From Pseudomonadaceae bacterium (GTDB taxonomy: Bacteria > Pseudomonadota > Gammaproteobacteria > Pseudomonadales > Azotimanducaceae): 32,000 nucleotides of DNA. The position numbers and the translations under genes were made by a program. This document shows positions 1-7,676 of the stretch, in pieces (position 1 is the stretch's first letter; each line of letters begins with the position of its first letter). The notes under the pieces were generated by a model that was given only the letters and a program-made list of their open reading frames with translations, was not told where the DNA came from and made no database searches. The DNA lies in NCBI GenBank assembly GCA_024743435.1, contig JANSWO010000008.1:193491-225490 (forward strand), in the 5' to 3' direction.

Positions 1-374
1 AAACCGTCACAAGCGCGTGTGTGCTCGCAACCGCTGACAGCCAACATAACGATAGCCTGTCGCTCACTCGTTGTTTGCCAGCGAGCTCTGTCCATGTCTG
101 GACTTGTCTGCCCTTAAGTGCCGTACCAGCGTTTTACGACTGTGGGCTGAAATCGCGGCGCGACATTCTCGCGTCACAGCCGTTGCAGGTCAAGCTGTTG
201 CAGTGCAGCAATGAGTGGCCTTGGGCTATACTTGCCGCCGGATTATCGTGGCGCCGTGAAAGCACGCACGCCGTATGCTGCCACGAACAGGACCGGCCAA
301 CGCAGACAGAGCGTTGGTCAAGAACTAACAATAGAAGATTGCTAGAAGCGAGGGTGATTGTGGAACGCGAATCG

Positions 375-2018
375 ATGGAGTTTGACGTAGTCATAGTGGG
401 CGGTGGCCCCTCAGGACTAGCGAGCGCTTGCCGGCTAATGCAATTGGCGGAGAGCAGCGGCACAGAGATCAGCGTATGTCTGGTTGAAAAAGGCTCCGAG
501 ATCGGCGCCCACATATTGTCCGGCGCGGTGTTCGAGCCGAGGGCGCTGAACGAATTGTTCCCCGATTGGGCCGAGCGCGGCGCGCCACTCAACAATCCGG
601 TGACGCATGATGACTACTATTTCCTCGTCAACGACACCAACCGAATCAAGATTTCTCCCTGGATGCTGCCATCCGACAGCCACAACGCAGGCAACTATGC
701 GCTGAGTCTCGGCAACTTCTGCCGCTGGCTCGGCGAGCAAGCAGAAGCAATGGGCGTCAACATTTTCCCTGGCTTTGCCGCAACCGAGGTGCTCTACAAC
801 GACGATGGCTCCGTTGCTGGCATTGCAACCGGCGATATGGGCATCGCTGCCGACGGCGAGAAGAAAGGCACCTTCACCCCGGGCTATGAGCTGCGAGCAA
901 AATACACCCTGTTTGCCGAGGGTTGTCGTGGCCATCTGGGCAAACAGCTCATCCAGAAATTCGAGCTGGATAAAGACGCGGGGCCACAGCACTACGCCAT
1001 CGGCTTCAAGGAATTGTGGGACATCGAGCCGGAGAAACACGTCCCGGGCAAAGTTGTGCATACCATGGGCTGGCCAATGGGCTTTGGCCGCGACGGCTTC
1101 AGCGGCTCCTACCTGTATCACCTGGAAGGCGGCCAGGTTGCGGTCGGGCTCATTGTCGATCTCGGCTATAAAAACCCACACGTGAGCCCATTCGATGAGT
1201 TCCAGCGCTACAAGCATCATCCCCTCGTCAGTGAAACGCTGGCGGGCGGCAAGCGCGTCTCCTACGGCGCACGGGCGATTGTCAAAGGCGGCCTGCAAGC
1301 GCTTCCCGAACTGACCTTCCCGGGCGGCATGCTGATAGGCGATGACGCAGGTTTCCTGAATATGCTCAAGATCAAGGGCAGCCATACCGCGATGAAGTCG
1401 GGGATGCTGGCAGCCGAGGCAACGTTCGAGCACATCGCTGCCGGCGGCGTTGGAGCGGACGTGGTGTCCGGCTACCCGGAAAAATTCAAGGCCTCGTGGC
1501 TGTTTGATGAGCTCTATCGGGCGCGCAACACAGGCCCCGCCATACACAAATTTGGCGTGCTCATGATGTCGCCGTTCCAGTTCATCGATCAGAAGATTTT
1601 CAAAGGCAACCTGCCATTCACGCTGGCTGACCCGACGCCGGACTACGCAACACTGAAGCCTGCGGCGTCGAGCAAAAAGATCGACTACCCGAAGCCAGAC
1701 GGCGTTCTGTCCTTCGACAAGCTATCGAGCGTATTCCTGTCAAACACCAATCACGAGGAAGACCAGCCCTGTCACCTGGTGTTGTCAGACCCATCCATTC
1801 CGGTGGCTAAGAACCTGCCGATGTATGACGAGCCAGCACAGCGCTATTGCCCCGCCGCCGTCTATGAAGTGGTCGACGAACCGGGCAGCGGCCCGCGCTT
1901 CCAGATCAACGCCCAGAACTGTGTGCACTGCAAAACGTGTGATATCAAAGATCCAGCTCAGAACATCACCTGGGTTGCCCCAGAAGGCGCTGGCGGGCCG
2001 AACTACCCGAATATGTAG
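375..2018 (+). CDS. electron-transfer flavoprotein:ubiquinone oxidoreductase (ETF-QO)
   Basis: ORF 21..2018. The FAD Rossmann motif DVVIVGGGPSGL follows directly after the ATG at 375. The C-terminal ferredoxin-like NCVHCKTCDIKDP and the ...GGPNYPNM end are typical of ETF-QO. The 118 upstream codons look non-coding, so the start is trimmed to 375. Confidence 0.9.
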   Translation: MEFDVVIVGGGPSGLASACRLMQLAESSGTEISVCLVEKGSEIGAHILSGAVFEPRALNELFPDWAERGAPLNNPVTHDDYYFLVNDTNRIKISPWMLPSDSHNAGNYALSLGNFCRWLGEQAEAMGVNIFPGFAATEVLYNDDGSVAGIATGDMGIAADGEKKGTFTPGYELRAKYTLFAEGCRGHLGKQLIQKFELDKDAGPQHYAIGFKELWDIEPEKHVPGKVVHTMGWPMGFGRDGFSGSYLYHLEGGQVAVGLIVDLGYKNPHVSPFDEFQRYKHHPLVSETLAGGKRVSYGARAIVKGGLQALPELTFPGGMLIGDDAGFLNMLKIKGSHTAMKSGMLAAEATFEHIAAGGVGADVVSGYPEKFKASWLFDELYRARNTGPAIHKFGVLMMSPFQFIDQKIFKGNLPFTLADPTPDYATLKPAASSKKIDYPKPDGVLSFDKLSSVFLSNTNHEEDQPCHLVLSDPSIPVAKNLPMYDEPAQRYCPAAVYEVVDEPGSGPRFQINAQNCVHCKTCDIKDPAQNITWVAPEGAGGPNYPNM

Positions 2019-2042
2019 CGGCCCGAGACCGTAGCTTTGCGT

Positions 2043-2072
2043 GATGCGGCCAGAACACTCGATGGCCGCATC
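2043..2072. terminator. hairpin between convergent genes (possible bidirectional terminator)
   Basis: Perfect 10-bp inverted repeat GATGCGGCCA / TGGCCGCATC with a 10-nt loop. It sits about 25 nt past the ETF-QO stop and about 40 nt past the stop of the minus-strand gene. The T-tract is weak. Confidence 0.5.
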
Positions 2073-2114
2073 TCTTAACTATAAAGAGCTATTCGAGAGA
2101 GTTATTCAAACGAA

Positions 2115-2675
2115 TCATTCGAGCGAGAAACGACAGCCTCGACTGACAACATATGCCGGGGCACCCTCCTCCACGCAAACCAGATCGGCTAGCCGATAGT
2201 AGACACTGCGCGTGAGCAGCGCATTCAGCCCGTCGCGAACATGCAGGTACGGTTTGCCTGCCCGCATGAACAACGCATGCTCCTCGCAGGCAACAACATG
2301 CTCTCCCACGTTCGTGGTGAACAGCAATTGCTGTTCGTCACCAGCGCCCTGGACAACCATATCAATGGCGACAAAGGGAGCATCTTCCACCTCGATCAAG
2401 AGCCGCTCGGCTGGCGTAACCAATACAAACCCGTCCGGATCACGGCGCAGTATCGTTGAGAACAAGCGCACCATCGCCTCGCGCTTGATCTCACCGCCCT
2501 CGTGATACCAACGACCATCGCTGGCAATGCGAATATCGATCTGGCCGTTGCGCTTGGGTTGCCAGGCGTGAACCGGCGGCAGGGAACGCTCGGATTGTTC
2601 TTTCTCGAGGCGCGCAAAAAGCAGATTAAGGGTCTCGGACCCTGAGGGCTCAGTAGCCGGGCTTTTCGTATTCAT
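2115..2675 (-). CDS. DUF1285-like protein of unknown function
   Basis: 186-aa ORF. The pattern W.PKRNG.IDIRI..DG.W.HEG..I.R..MV.LF..IL.RD..G..LVTP.E...I.V.DAPF matches my memory of the DUF1285 family. No catalytic motif was recognised. Confidence 0.7.
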   Translation of the reverse strand: MNTKSPATEPSGSETLNLLFARLEKEQSERSLPPVHAWQPKRNGQIDIRIASDGRWYHEGGEIKREAMVRLFSTILRRDPDGFVLVTPAERLLIEVEDAPFVAIDMVVQGAGDEQQLLFTTNVGEHVVACEEHALFMRAGKPYLHVRDGLNALLTRSVYYRLADLVCVEEGAPAYVVSRGCRFSLE

Positions 2676-2720
2676 TGCGGCACACTAGCGCCGTGGGGGT
2701 GAAACGTCGATCAATCCGGC

Positions 2721-3293
2721 TCAGGCATCGCTCGGGGATACGAGCGCGCGGCCGAAGCGCTCGAACCCGTGAGCGAGCAGAGCAGCACCCACCGGGTCGC
2801 GTCGATACATCGCGGGATCAATGGTCAGCTCGACCACGTCAACGACCTGATTGGCGGCAAGGTCCAACAAATGCACGCGATAAACGGCGCTCGCTGCGGG
2901 TTTGGGCAGCAGATGTTCGATCGGAAGCAGACGCACACGCAAGCCAAGCGCCGGCTCCGGGCGAGTCGCCGGCGGCTCCAGCACCATCAGCAATCCCATC
3001 GCCGGTAGGGCATCCGGGTCTGCCGGACTCACCTGGTAAAACACTCGGGCCAGGCCGGTCAGCGCGACATCCAGCTCCACACCATCATCGCGACCACGAT
3101 GCTGCAGGAACACCGGCGTCGTTGGCGACAGCCTAAACCCTTGCAGTCGAGATACCTCGATGCCGCTGCGCAAATCGATCGCTTGCAGGGCATCGCCGGC
3201 GCTGGCATTGATGCGCGCCGCCGTACAGCCTGGCAATACAGAAAGGGCCAGCAGGAGAAGCCCCCCACGAGGCAATATTGAACGAGACATCAC
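2721..3293 (-). CDS. putative lipoprotein, unknown function
   Basis: 190-aa ORF with an N-terminal signal peptide and lipobox (LLLLALSVLPG-C). Same strand as, and closely spaced with, moaA and the DUF1285 gene. Confidence 0.7.
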   Translation of the reverse strand: MMSRSILPRGGLLLLALSVLPGCTAARINASAGDALQAIDLRSGIEVSRLQGFRLSPTTPVFLQHRGRDDGVELDVALTGLARVFYQVSPADPDALPAMGLLMVLEPPATRPEPALGLRVRLLPIEHLLPKPAASAVYRVHLLDLAANQVVDVVELTIDPAMYRRDPVGAALLAHGFERFGRALVSPSDA

Positions 3294-3366
3294 AGGCTCC
3301 CAGTACCGCCGCTCGCGGCTTGTCCGGAGAGTATAGAAAGCGCTGAGAATCTCGCTGGCCGAGGAT

Positions 3367-4344
3367 TCAGCCGCCGATGAACTTCATGACGGTGACTTCG
3401 CCCGTAAAATGCAGCGGCTGTTTGTCTGCGAGCGCCATACCCAGAACGTCTTTTAGGCGCTCGCGTGCTTGCTCATCGTCCAGCGTCAGCAAGTCGCGAA
3501 TATCGTGACTTTTGGCGCTCGACAAACAACCGTACAGGCGCCCGTTCGACGACAGCCGCAACCGGGTACAGGAGGAGCAAAAAGGTTCGCTTTCGTTAGC
3601 GATGATGCCGAAGGTGCCACCGGACTCAACGGCAAAGCGCACTGCAGTGGAATCAAACGGCGCATCCGTGCGAGTAAAGGCATGGCGCGAACCGATGATA
3701 TCCAGCAACTCATCCATGCCGAGAAAATCACGCTCAAAGCGCGGGTCATGCTGCAGGTGGCCCATTTTCATGAGCTCGATGTAGCGAAGCTCCATGCCAT
3801 TGCTCAGCGCGTAGTCGAGCATGGGCAGAACCTGATCACGGTTCGCGCTTCGTAGCGGCACCATGTTCAACTTAACGCTGATGCCCGCATCCAGCATTCG
3901 ATCAATACCACGTTGCACGGTTGCCAGGTCACCGCTACGCGCAATGGCTCGAAACCTCTCTGGATCCAGAGTATCGAGGCTGACGTTAATGCGCTTGAGT
4001 CCACTATCGATGATCAGATCCGCTTTTCTATCCAGCAATTGACCATTAGTGGTGAGCGATACATCTCGCAGCGGACGCTGCATGAGGTCTGGCATGAGAT
4101 CGTCAAACTTCGGCGACAACAATGGCTCACCACCGGTAAGACGCACTTTGTCGATACCAGTGGTAGCAATCATCAGATCAACCGCGCGCAAAACCTCAGT
4201 GGCTTCCAGCTCCGCTCGGGCAGGCATCAAGCGCTTTCCATCCGGAACGCAATACGTGCACGCGTAGTTACACGCCGCAGTCAGCGAGATGCGTAGGTTC
4301 GAGAAGCTGCGGCCGTAGCGGTCGCTAATCATGCGCGCGAGCAC
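3367..4344 (-). CDS. moaA: GTP 3',8-cyclase MoaA (radical SAM, molybdenum cofactor biosynthesis)
   Basis: Radical-SAM cluster CNYACTYC, LTGGEPLL, and a C-terminal second cluster region (CSSCTRLRLSSNGRLYGC). The start is either GTG at 4344 or ATG at 4332 (MISDRYGRSF...). Confidence 0.9.
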   Translation of the reverse strand: MLARMISDRYGRSFSNLRISLTAACNYACTYCVPDGKRLMPARAELEATEVLRAVDLMIATTGIDKVRLTGGEPLLSPKFDDLMPDLMQRPLRDVSLTTNGQLLDRKADLIIDSGLKRINVSLDTLDPERFRAIARSGDLATVQRGIDRMLDAGISVKLNMVPLRSANRDQVLPMLDYALSNGMELRYIELMKMGHLQHDPRFERDFLGMDELLDIIGSRHAFTRTDAPFDSTAVRFAVESGGTFGIIANESEPFCSSCTRLRLSSNGRLYGCLSSAKSHDIRDLLTLDDEQARERLKDVLGMALADKQPLHFTGEVTVMKFIGG

Positions 4345-4453
4345 CCATAGGCAAAACTAATGGGTCAGTATGACATGCCCAGCAGATTCAACCAAAACCG
4401 CGATTCTCTTCTCAATTAATCGAAAAATCGTTCGATATCATGCAGATAGGAAA

Positions 4454-4620
4454 CCAGGGGTCAGGACCAGGGGTCAGGACCAGGGGTCAGGACCAAGTGC
4501 CAGGTCCAAGCAGGTCCCCGGTGACTAACGAGTATCTGGTTACTTTGTGGCTACTTTGGACCTGGCACTTGGTCCTGACCCCATTTTTTGACCTGGCACC
4601 TGGTCCTGACCCCATTTTTT
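4454..4620. repeat. composite tandem / inverted repeat element
   Basis: Three tandem 13-nt units CCAGGGGTCAGGA (4454-4492). Perfect 27-bp inverted repeat 4483-4509 / 4556-4582 around a 46-nt loop. Then the 31-nt unit GACCTGGCACYTGGTCCTGACCCCATTTTTT occurs twice in tandem (4559-4589, 4590-4620) with one mismatch. Confidence 0.9.
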
Positions 4621-4710
4621 CAGCTGCCTACGGGCCTTTCAGAGATATCGAGGGGCAAATTCGGGAACCAGATCACTGGCGAATCCGAAATTCTTTGCTT
4701 AACTGAAGTT

Positions 4711-4838
4711 GTCGGCATCGTGATCTCCCCCCTCCCCCAACGAACACGATGACGACAGGGGTGGGTAACCACCCTACATGTGTGACTCCTAACGGAACTA
4801 GCCCGGTGATCTCCCCCCAGTGATCCGGGCCTTTTTTT
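4711..4838 (+). ncRNA. candidate small RNA (three stem-loops, C-rich loops, intrinsic terminator); family not recognised
   Basis: Stem-loop 1 is 4711-4756 (12-bp stem with one mismatch, loop ATCTCCCCCCTCCCCCAACGAA). Stem-loop 2 is 4759-4774 (GGGTGG-GTAA-CCACCC, a GNRA-type loop). Stem-loop 3 is 4801-4830 (GC-rich stem, loop TCCCCCCAGT) followed by T7 (4832-4838). There is no credible ORF. The 5' end and promoter were not determined. Confidence 0.35.
4781..4837 (+). repeat. attL: left copy of the 57-bp direct repeat
   Basis: TGTGACTCCTAACGGAACTAGCCCGGTGATCTCCCCCCAGTGATCCGGGCCTTTTTT is identical to 17342-17398. Confidence 0.85.
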
Positions 4839-4900
4839 GTTCATTTACAGCGTCTTGCACGCATATCATGAACTAGGGAAATCGGCGCCAGGCAACGCCT

Positions 4901-4919
4901 GCCCTACGATACGCCCTAC
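4901..4919 (+). promoter_or_regulatory. phased GCCCTAC direct repeats (candidate integrase arm-type or regulator sites, left arm)
   Basis: GCCCTAC at 4901-4907 and 4913-4919 (12-bp phase). A further ACCCTAC lies at 4771-4777. The same heptamer core recurs in phase at the right arm (17193-17199, 17205-17211). Confidence 0.3.
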
Positions 4920-4933
4920 AGGAGCACACGCTT

Positions 4934-5311
4934 ATGACTACCAAGATTGACGAACTAATCTCCTCACCCAACGAGCCGATGACCGATCTGCTTGTATCCC
5001 TGCTACCTCGCTTACACGGTGGCAAGAACCACCAACTCAACGCCAACCCCGAAGCCCGGAACCGCGCGCTACTCGAAAGCATCATTCAGCAAGTCAGCAA
5101 TGCGCAGCTCCCGCTCGACAGCGTCGCGCAGTCACTAGGCATTCTGCTGGCTACCAGCCAAGCTCACGGTGAAGTGGCGGATTCAGTGGTAATCGACGCC
5201 GGATGGGGAATTCAGTTCCTAGCGGAGCTGTCGAGCGCACTTGAGCACGTTCGCAGCGACGCTCAGAGCTTGCTAGACAACCCGCCAAAGGTCCGGGAGG
5301 TCGCAGCATGA
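4934..5311 (+). CDS. hypothetical protein (125 aa)
   Basis: AGGAG lies 9 nt upstream of the ATG. This is the first gene of three translationally coupled ORFs. No recognisable domain. Confidence 0.6.
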   Translation: MTTKIDELISSPNEPMTDLLVSLLPRLHGGKNHQLNANPEARNRALLESIIQQVSNAQLPLDSVAQSLGILLATSQAHGEVADSVVIDAGWGIQFLAELSSALEHVRSDAQSLLDNPPKVREVAA

Positions 5312-5652
5312 GCACCTCCAAGAGCCCTAGTTTGCTACATCAGTTCAAGTACAACCATGAGCACCTGTCCGCAGAAGAACGAGAAGGTTTCCTAGAGTCT
5401 CTGTGTGAGAGCGATAAACGAGAGTACGTCGAACAAGGCTTGATATGGCTAGCGGATGGCTGGCCGGATCTATTCACCGCCGCGGCGGTGCGAGTTCTCG
5501 AGAAAGCCGGCCGAGCCAGCGTAGATGAAGCTGGCAACGTCTCGCTGTTTGGCGATCTGGAGCCGTACGAAAGCTCGTTTACTAGACTCTACAAGGCAGC
5601 ATTGGAAGATAAGCAAGGCGCAGGGGCGCCAAAGAGGAATGCAAATGGCTGA
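5308..5652 (+). CDS. hypothetical protein (114 aa)
   Basis: ATGA start/stop overlap with the upstream ORF. GGGAGG lies 7 nt upstream. No recognisable domain. Confidence 0.6.
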   Translation: MSTSKSPSLLHQFKYNHEHLSAEEREGFLESLCESDKREYVEQGLIWLADGWPDLFTAAAVRVLEKAGRASVDEAGNVSLFGDLEPYESSFTRLYKAALEDKQGAGAPKRNANG

Positions 5653-5779
5653 ACTAACCCTCGAAGAAGTAACACGCTGGCTAACTGGACTGAGCGACGA
5701 CGTTCGACAGCGGATCGAATCAGCGATCGATGCGGAATACTTGAGGCTATCTCGCTCTAACGAGGCTAGAGAGGACTAG
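5645..5779 (+). CDS. hypothetical micro-protein (44 aa), paralog of 17701..17880
   Basis: The ATG at 5645 overlaps the upstream stop (ATGGCTGA), with AGAGGA upstream. Trimmed from ORF 5525..5779. About 20 of 30 aligned residues are identical to the 59-aa ORF just outside the island (ELTLEEVTRWLTGLSDDVRQRIESAIDAE vs EFTLEEVTAWLAGLSDEARSVIETAIDSE). Confidence 0.55.
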   Translation: MAELTLEEVTRWLTGLSDDVRQRIESAIDAEYLRLSRSNEARED

Positions 5780-6144
5780 CGAGCAAAGTAAGCAACACTT
5801 GCCACCGTAGGATTAGATGACCAGACAATAAGTGGTGTGACAGCCCGGAGAGACGGGCCAATGGTGCCACCCGTAGGCGACGCACTTTTAGATTCGGTCC
5901 GACGATCTGTTGCAAGTTTCGCTTCGCTAAACACTGCTCCAAGGCAGACCGGGATACAAAAGAACTGGCGGTCCGCCCTGTGGGCCGCACAAGACACCTC
6001 GTTGGCCGCGCAACTCCTGAAGTCTTGTACCAAATTACGCCCGATCGATTCACCCGCACGTGGCACGAATCGATCAATAAACCCCTGGAACACAAACTCA
6101 GCCCGGTAGGAACCTGAAAGATACTGCTTCGGCGTCAAGGGCAT
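5776..6144 (-). CDS. hypothetical protein (122 aa)
   Basis: Strong SD (GAAGGAGATAACCCTATG) before the internal ATG at 6144 of ORF 5776..6228. Third-codon positions are G/C-rich in the stretch checked. Competing ORFs in two other frames look less protein-like. Confidence 0.5.
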   Translation of the reverse strand: MPLTPKQYLSGSYRAEFVFQGFIDRFVPRAGESIGRNLVQDFRSCAANEVSCAAHRADRQFFCIPVCLGAVFSEAKLATDRRTESKSASPTGGTIGPSLRAVTPLIVWSSNPTVASVAYFAR

Positions 6145-6370
6145 AGGGTTATCTCCTTCAAAGCTACGACGGGCAGAACATGCCAAGCACCCAAGCTCCG
6201 CAGTCGATGTCCAGAGCCTGCCAATCAAAGAGCATCTAAGGTGGGACGCGAGCTTCTAGATCAATAACACTCACCGATGTAGTCTCAGATTACTGAGCTG
6301 GACCAAGACAGCATTTGCGCTGACCTCGAAAACAGCGACCTTCTATAGAAAGGCCGCAACGGAGAATTGC

Positions 6371-7633
6371 ATGGCCGAAGCCAATGAGTATTTTGCGCAG
6401 CAAAAAACCGATCTCCAGCTTCATGAGAGCCTGCTGCGCTTGCCGACCACCGCCGGAACAAACCCAGATCAAACAACCCTCAACTTGGAAGTGGCTACCG
6501 GCTCAAACACTGCTTTCAAGCACACTGCGTCTGAGGCGTTGGAGAACGAGGTTGCTCTAGGTGTGTTGGCAAGAAACGGCCACTATTTCGTGCGAGCCAC
6601 TCTTGCCGAAACGAATCGGCACCGACTAGTGGTAGATAGGGACGAGAGCGGCTTTGACAAAATTTCAGTATTCCCCGGGCACAATTGCACTCCTGAAGAA
6701 AAGACCCAGTTCATTATTGCTGTCAAGGATGAATTCCCCCCCTATTCACGAAACATGGCCCTCGAAGAGGCGCTAGAACCATCACTGCGCGAATACCATC
6801 TCTATCGCGAAGCCGAATTGGAGAAGCTCAAGGGAATTGTCGAAAACCTACTAAAAGATGGAATCGCGCTACGAACGGCTCTCGACGAAGAGAAAACAGC
6901 GTTTCAGGAACAAACGGCAAATGAGCTCAAGAAACACAAGACCAGTCTAGATAGTGAAAACGAAGCAGCAGTGGCCAAACTTCAGACTCGGACCGCAGAG
7001 CTCGATGAGAGAGAAGAACAATTAGACAATCGAGAATCGAAGCACGTTAGAAGAGAAATACGGAAGGAGCTACAGCAAGAGCTTAGATCTAGGGGTGAAG
7101 AGTTCAATCTGACCAATTCAACTAGGAAAAAGCGTTGGCCAGTAGCAGCCGCATACGGCTTGCTCGTCCTGGCACTAGGAGCCGCAACAGGGGTTTCAGG
7201 CTGGCATCTCTTGGCAGCCCCTACGGATGTACTGGCCAACATACGGTTTGTCACTTCGCTTTTTGGCTTCGCTGGCTCAACCATATTTCTCATTCGATGG
7301 TTCGATTCCTGGTTCCGCAGACACGCTGATGAAGAATTCGAGCTCAAAAGACTCCAACTAGATCTCGATCGTGCCAGCTGGGTGGTTGAGATGGCCATGG
7401 AGTGGAATGACTCTGCGGACAAAGAACTGCCACCTGAACTCGCCACAACCCTTACTCGCGGCTTGTTCACTTCGGGCGAACCTCAGCAAGCTTCATCCCA
7501 TCCCAACGAAGACCTCGCCTCACTGCTCTTGGCTGCCACTGGGCTCAAATTGAACATCCCTGGTGTCGGAGAAGCGACCTTCGATTCGAAGGCGTTGAAA
7601 AAAATTGGTGATACATCAGAAAACACGAGATAG
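6371..7633 (+). CDS. coiled-coil protein with two transmembrane helices (420 aa), unknown function
   Basis: GGAG lies 8 nt upstream. There is a central E/K/R/Q-rich heptad-like segment (LEKLKGIVENLL...REIRKELQQELRSR). It is followed by two hydrophobic helices (WPVAAAYGLLVLALGAATGVSGWHLLAA; FVTSLFGFAGSTIFLIRWF) and a roughly 110-aa tail. Confidence 0.75.
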   Translation: MAEANEYFAQQKTDLQLHESLLRLPTTAGTNPDQTTLNLEVATGSNTAFKHTASEALENEVALGVLARNGHYFVRATLAETNRHRLVVDRDESGFDKISVFPGHNCTPEEKTQFIIAVKDEFPPYSRNMALEEALEPSLREYHLYREAELEKLKGIVENLLKDGIALRTALDEEKTAFQEQTANELKKHKTSLDSENEAAVAKLQTRTAELDEREEQLDNRESKHVRREIRKELQQELRSRGEEFNLTNSTRKKRWPVAAAYGLLVLALGAATGVSGWHLLAAPTDVLANIRFVTSLFGFAGSTIFLIRWFDSWFRRHADEEFELKRLQLDLDRASWVVEMAMEWNDSADKELPPELATTLTRGLFTSGEPQQASSHPNEDLASLLLAATGLKLNIPGVGEATFDSKALKKIGDTSENTR

Positions 7634-7676
7634 CGCGGCGGGACCAATAACCCAAGCAAAGGCCACCCAGACTGGA

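Noticed and set aside
21-374. N-terminal 118-codon extension of the ETF-QO ORF
   Set aside because: ETF-QO proteins start right at the FAD-binding GxGxxG motif. The extension is Cys/Arg/Ser/Trp-rich with no protein-like character, and an in-frame ATG sits directly before the motif.
435-1547. 370-aa antisense ORF inside the ETF-QO gene (also 134..595 and 775..1185)
   Set aside because: This is a typical long open antisense or shifted frame of a GC-rich gene. The sense frame has unmistakable ETF-QO motifs.
4345-4453. Moco riboswitch upstream of moaA
   Set aside because: I looked on the minus strand for the GC-rich conserved helices of the Moco RNA motif. The leader is AT-rich and unstructured by eye. 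Only a cmsearch could fully exclude it.
4454-4492. CRISPR array (also considered for 17405-17660 and 31817-31864)
   Set aside because: The repeats are directly tandem with no unique spacers, and no cas genes are present.
4440-4706. 88-aa ORF (MQIGNQGSGPGVRTRGQDQ...)
   Set aside because: It is a read-through of the tandem/inverted repeat element. The peptide is low-complexity, mirrors the repeats, and has no SD.
4620-4844. tRNA or tmRNA as integration target, and a 74-aa minus-strand ORF
   Set aside because: No cloverleaf, no T-loop GTTCRANYC with a matching stem, and no CCA-type 3' end. The ORF is Arg/Ser/His-rich and crosses the hairpins.
4844-4872. Sigma-70 promoter for the island left-arm operon (TTTACA ... 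TATCAT)
   Set aside because: The spacer is only about 14 nt, and no better -10/-35 pairing is visible, so it is not reported as a feature.
5766-6109. Alternative frames 5766..6095 (-) and 5837..6109 (+)
   Set aside because: Both overlap the SD-led 5776..6144 frame and are Arg/Ser/Leu-rich. They are kept only as a caveat on the moderate confidence of the chosen frame.
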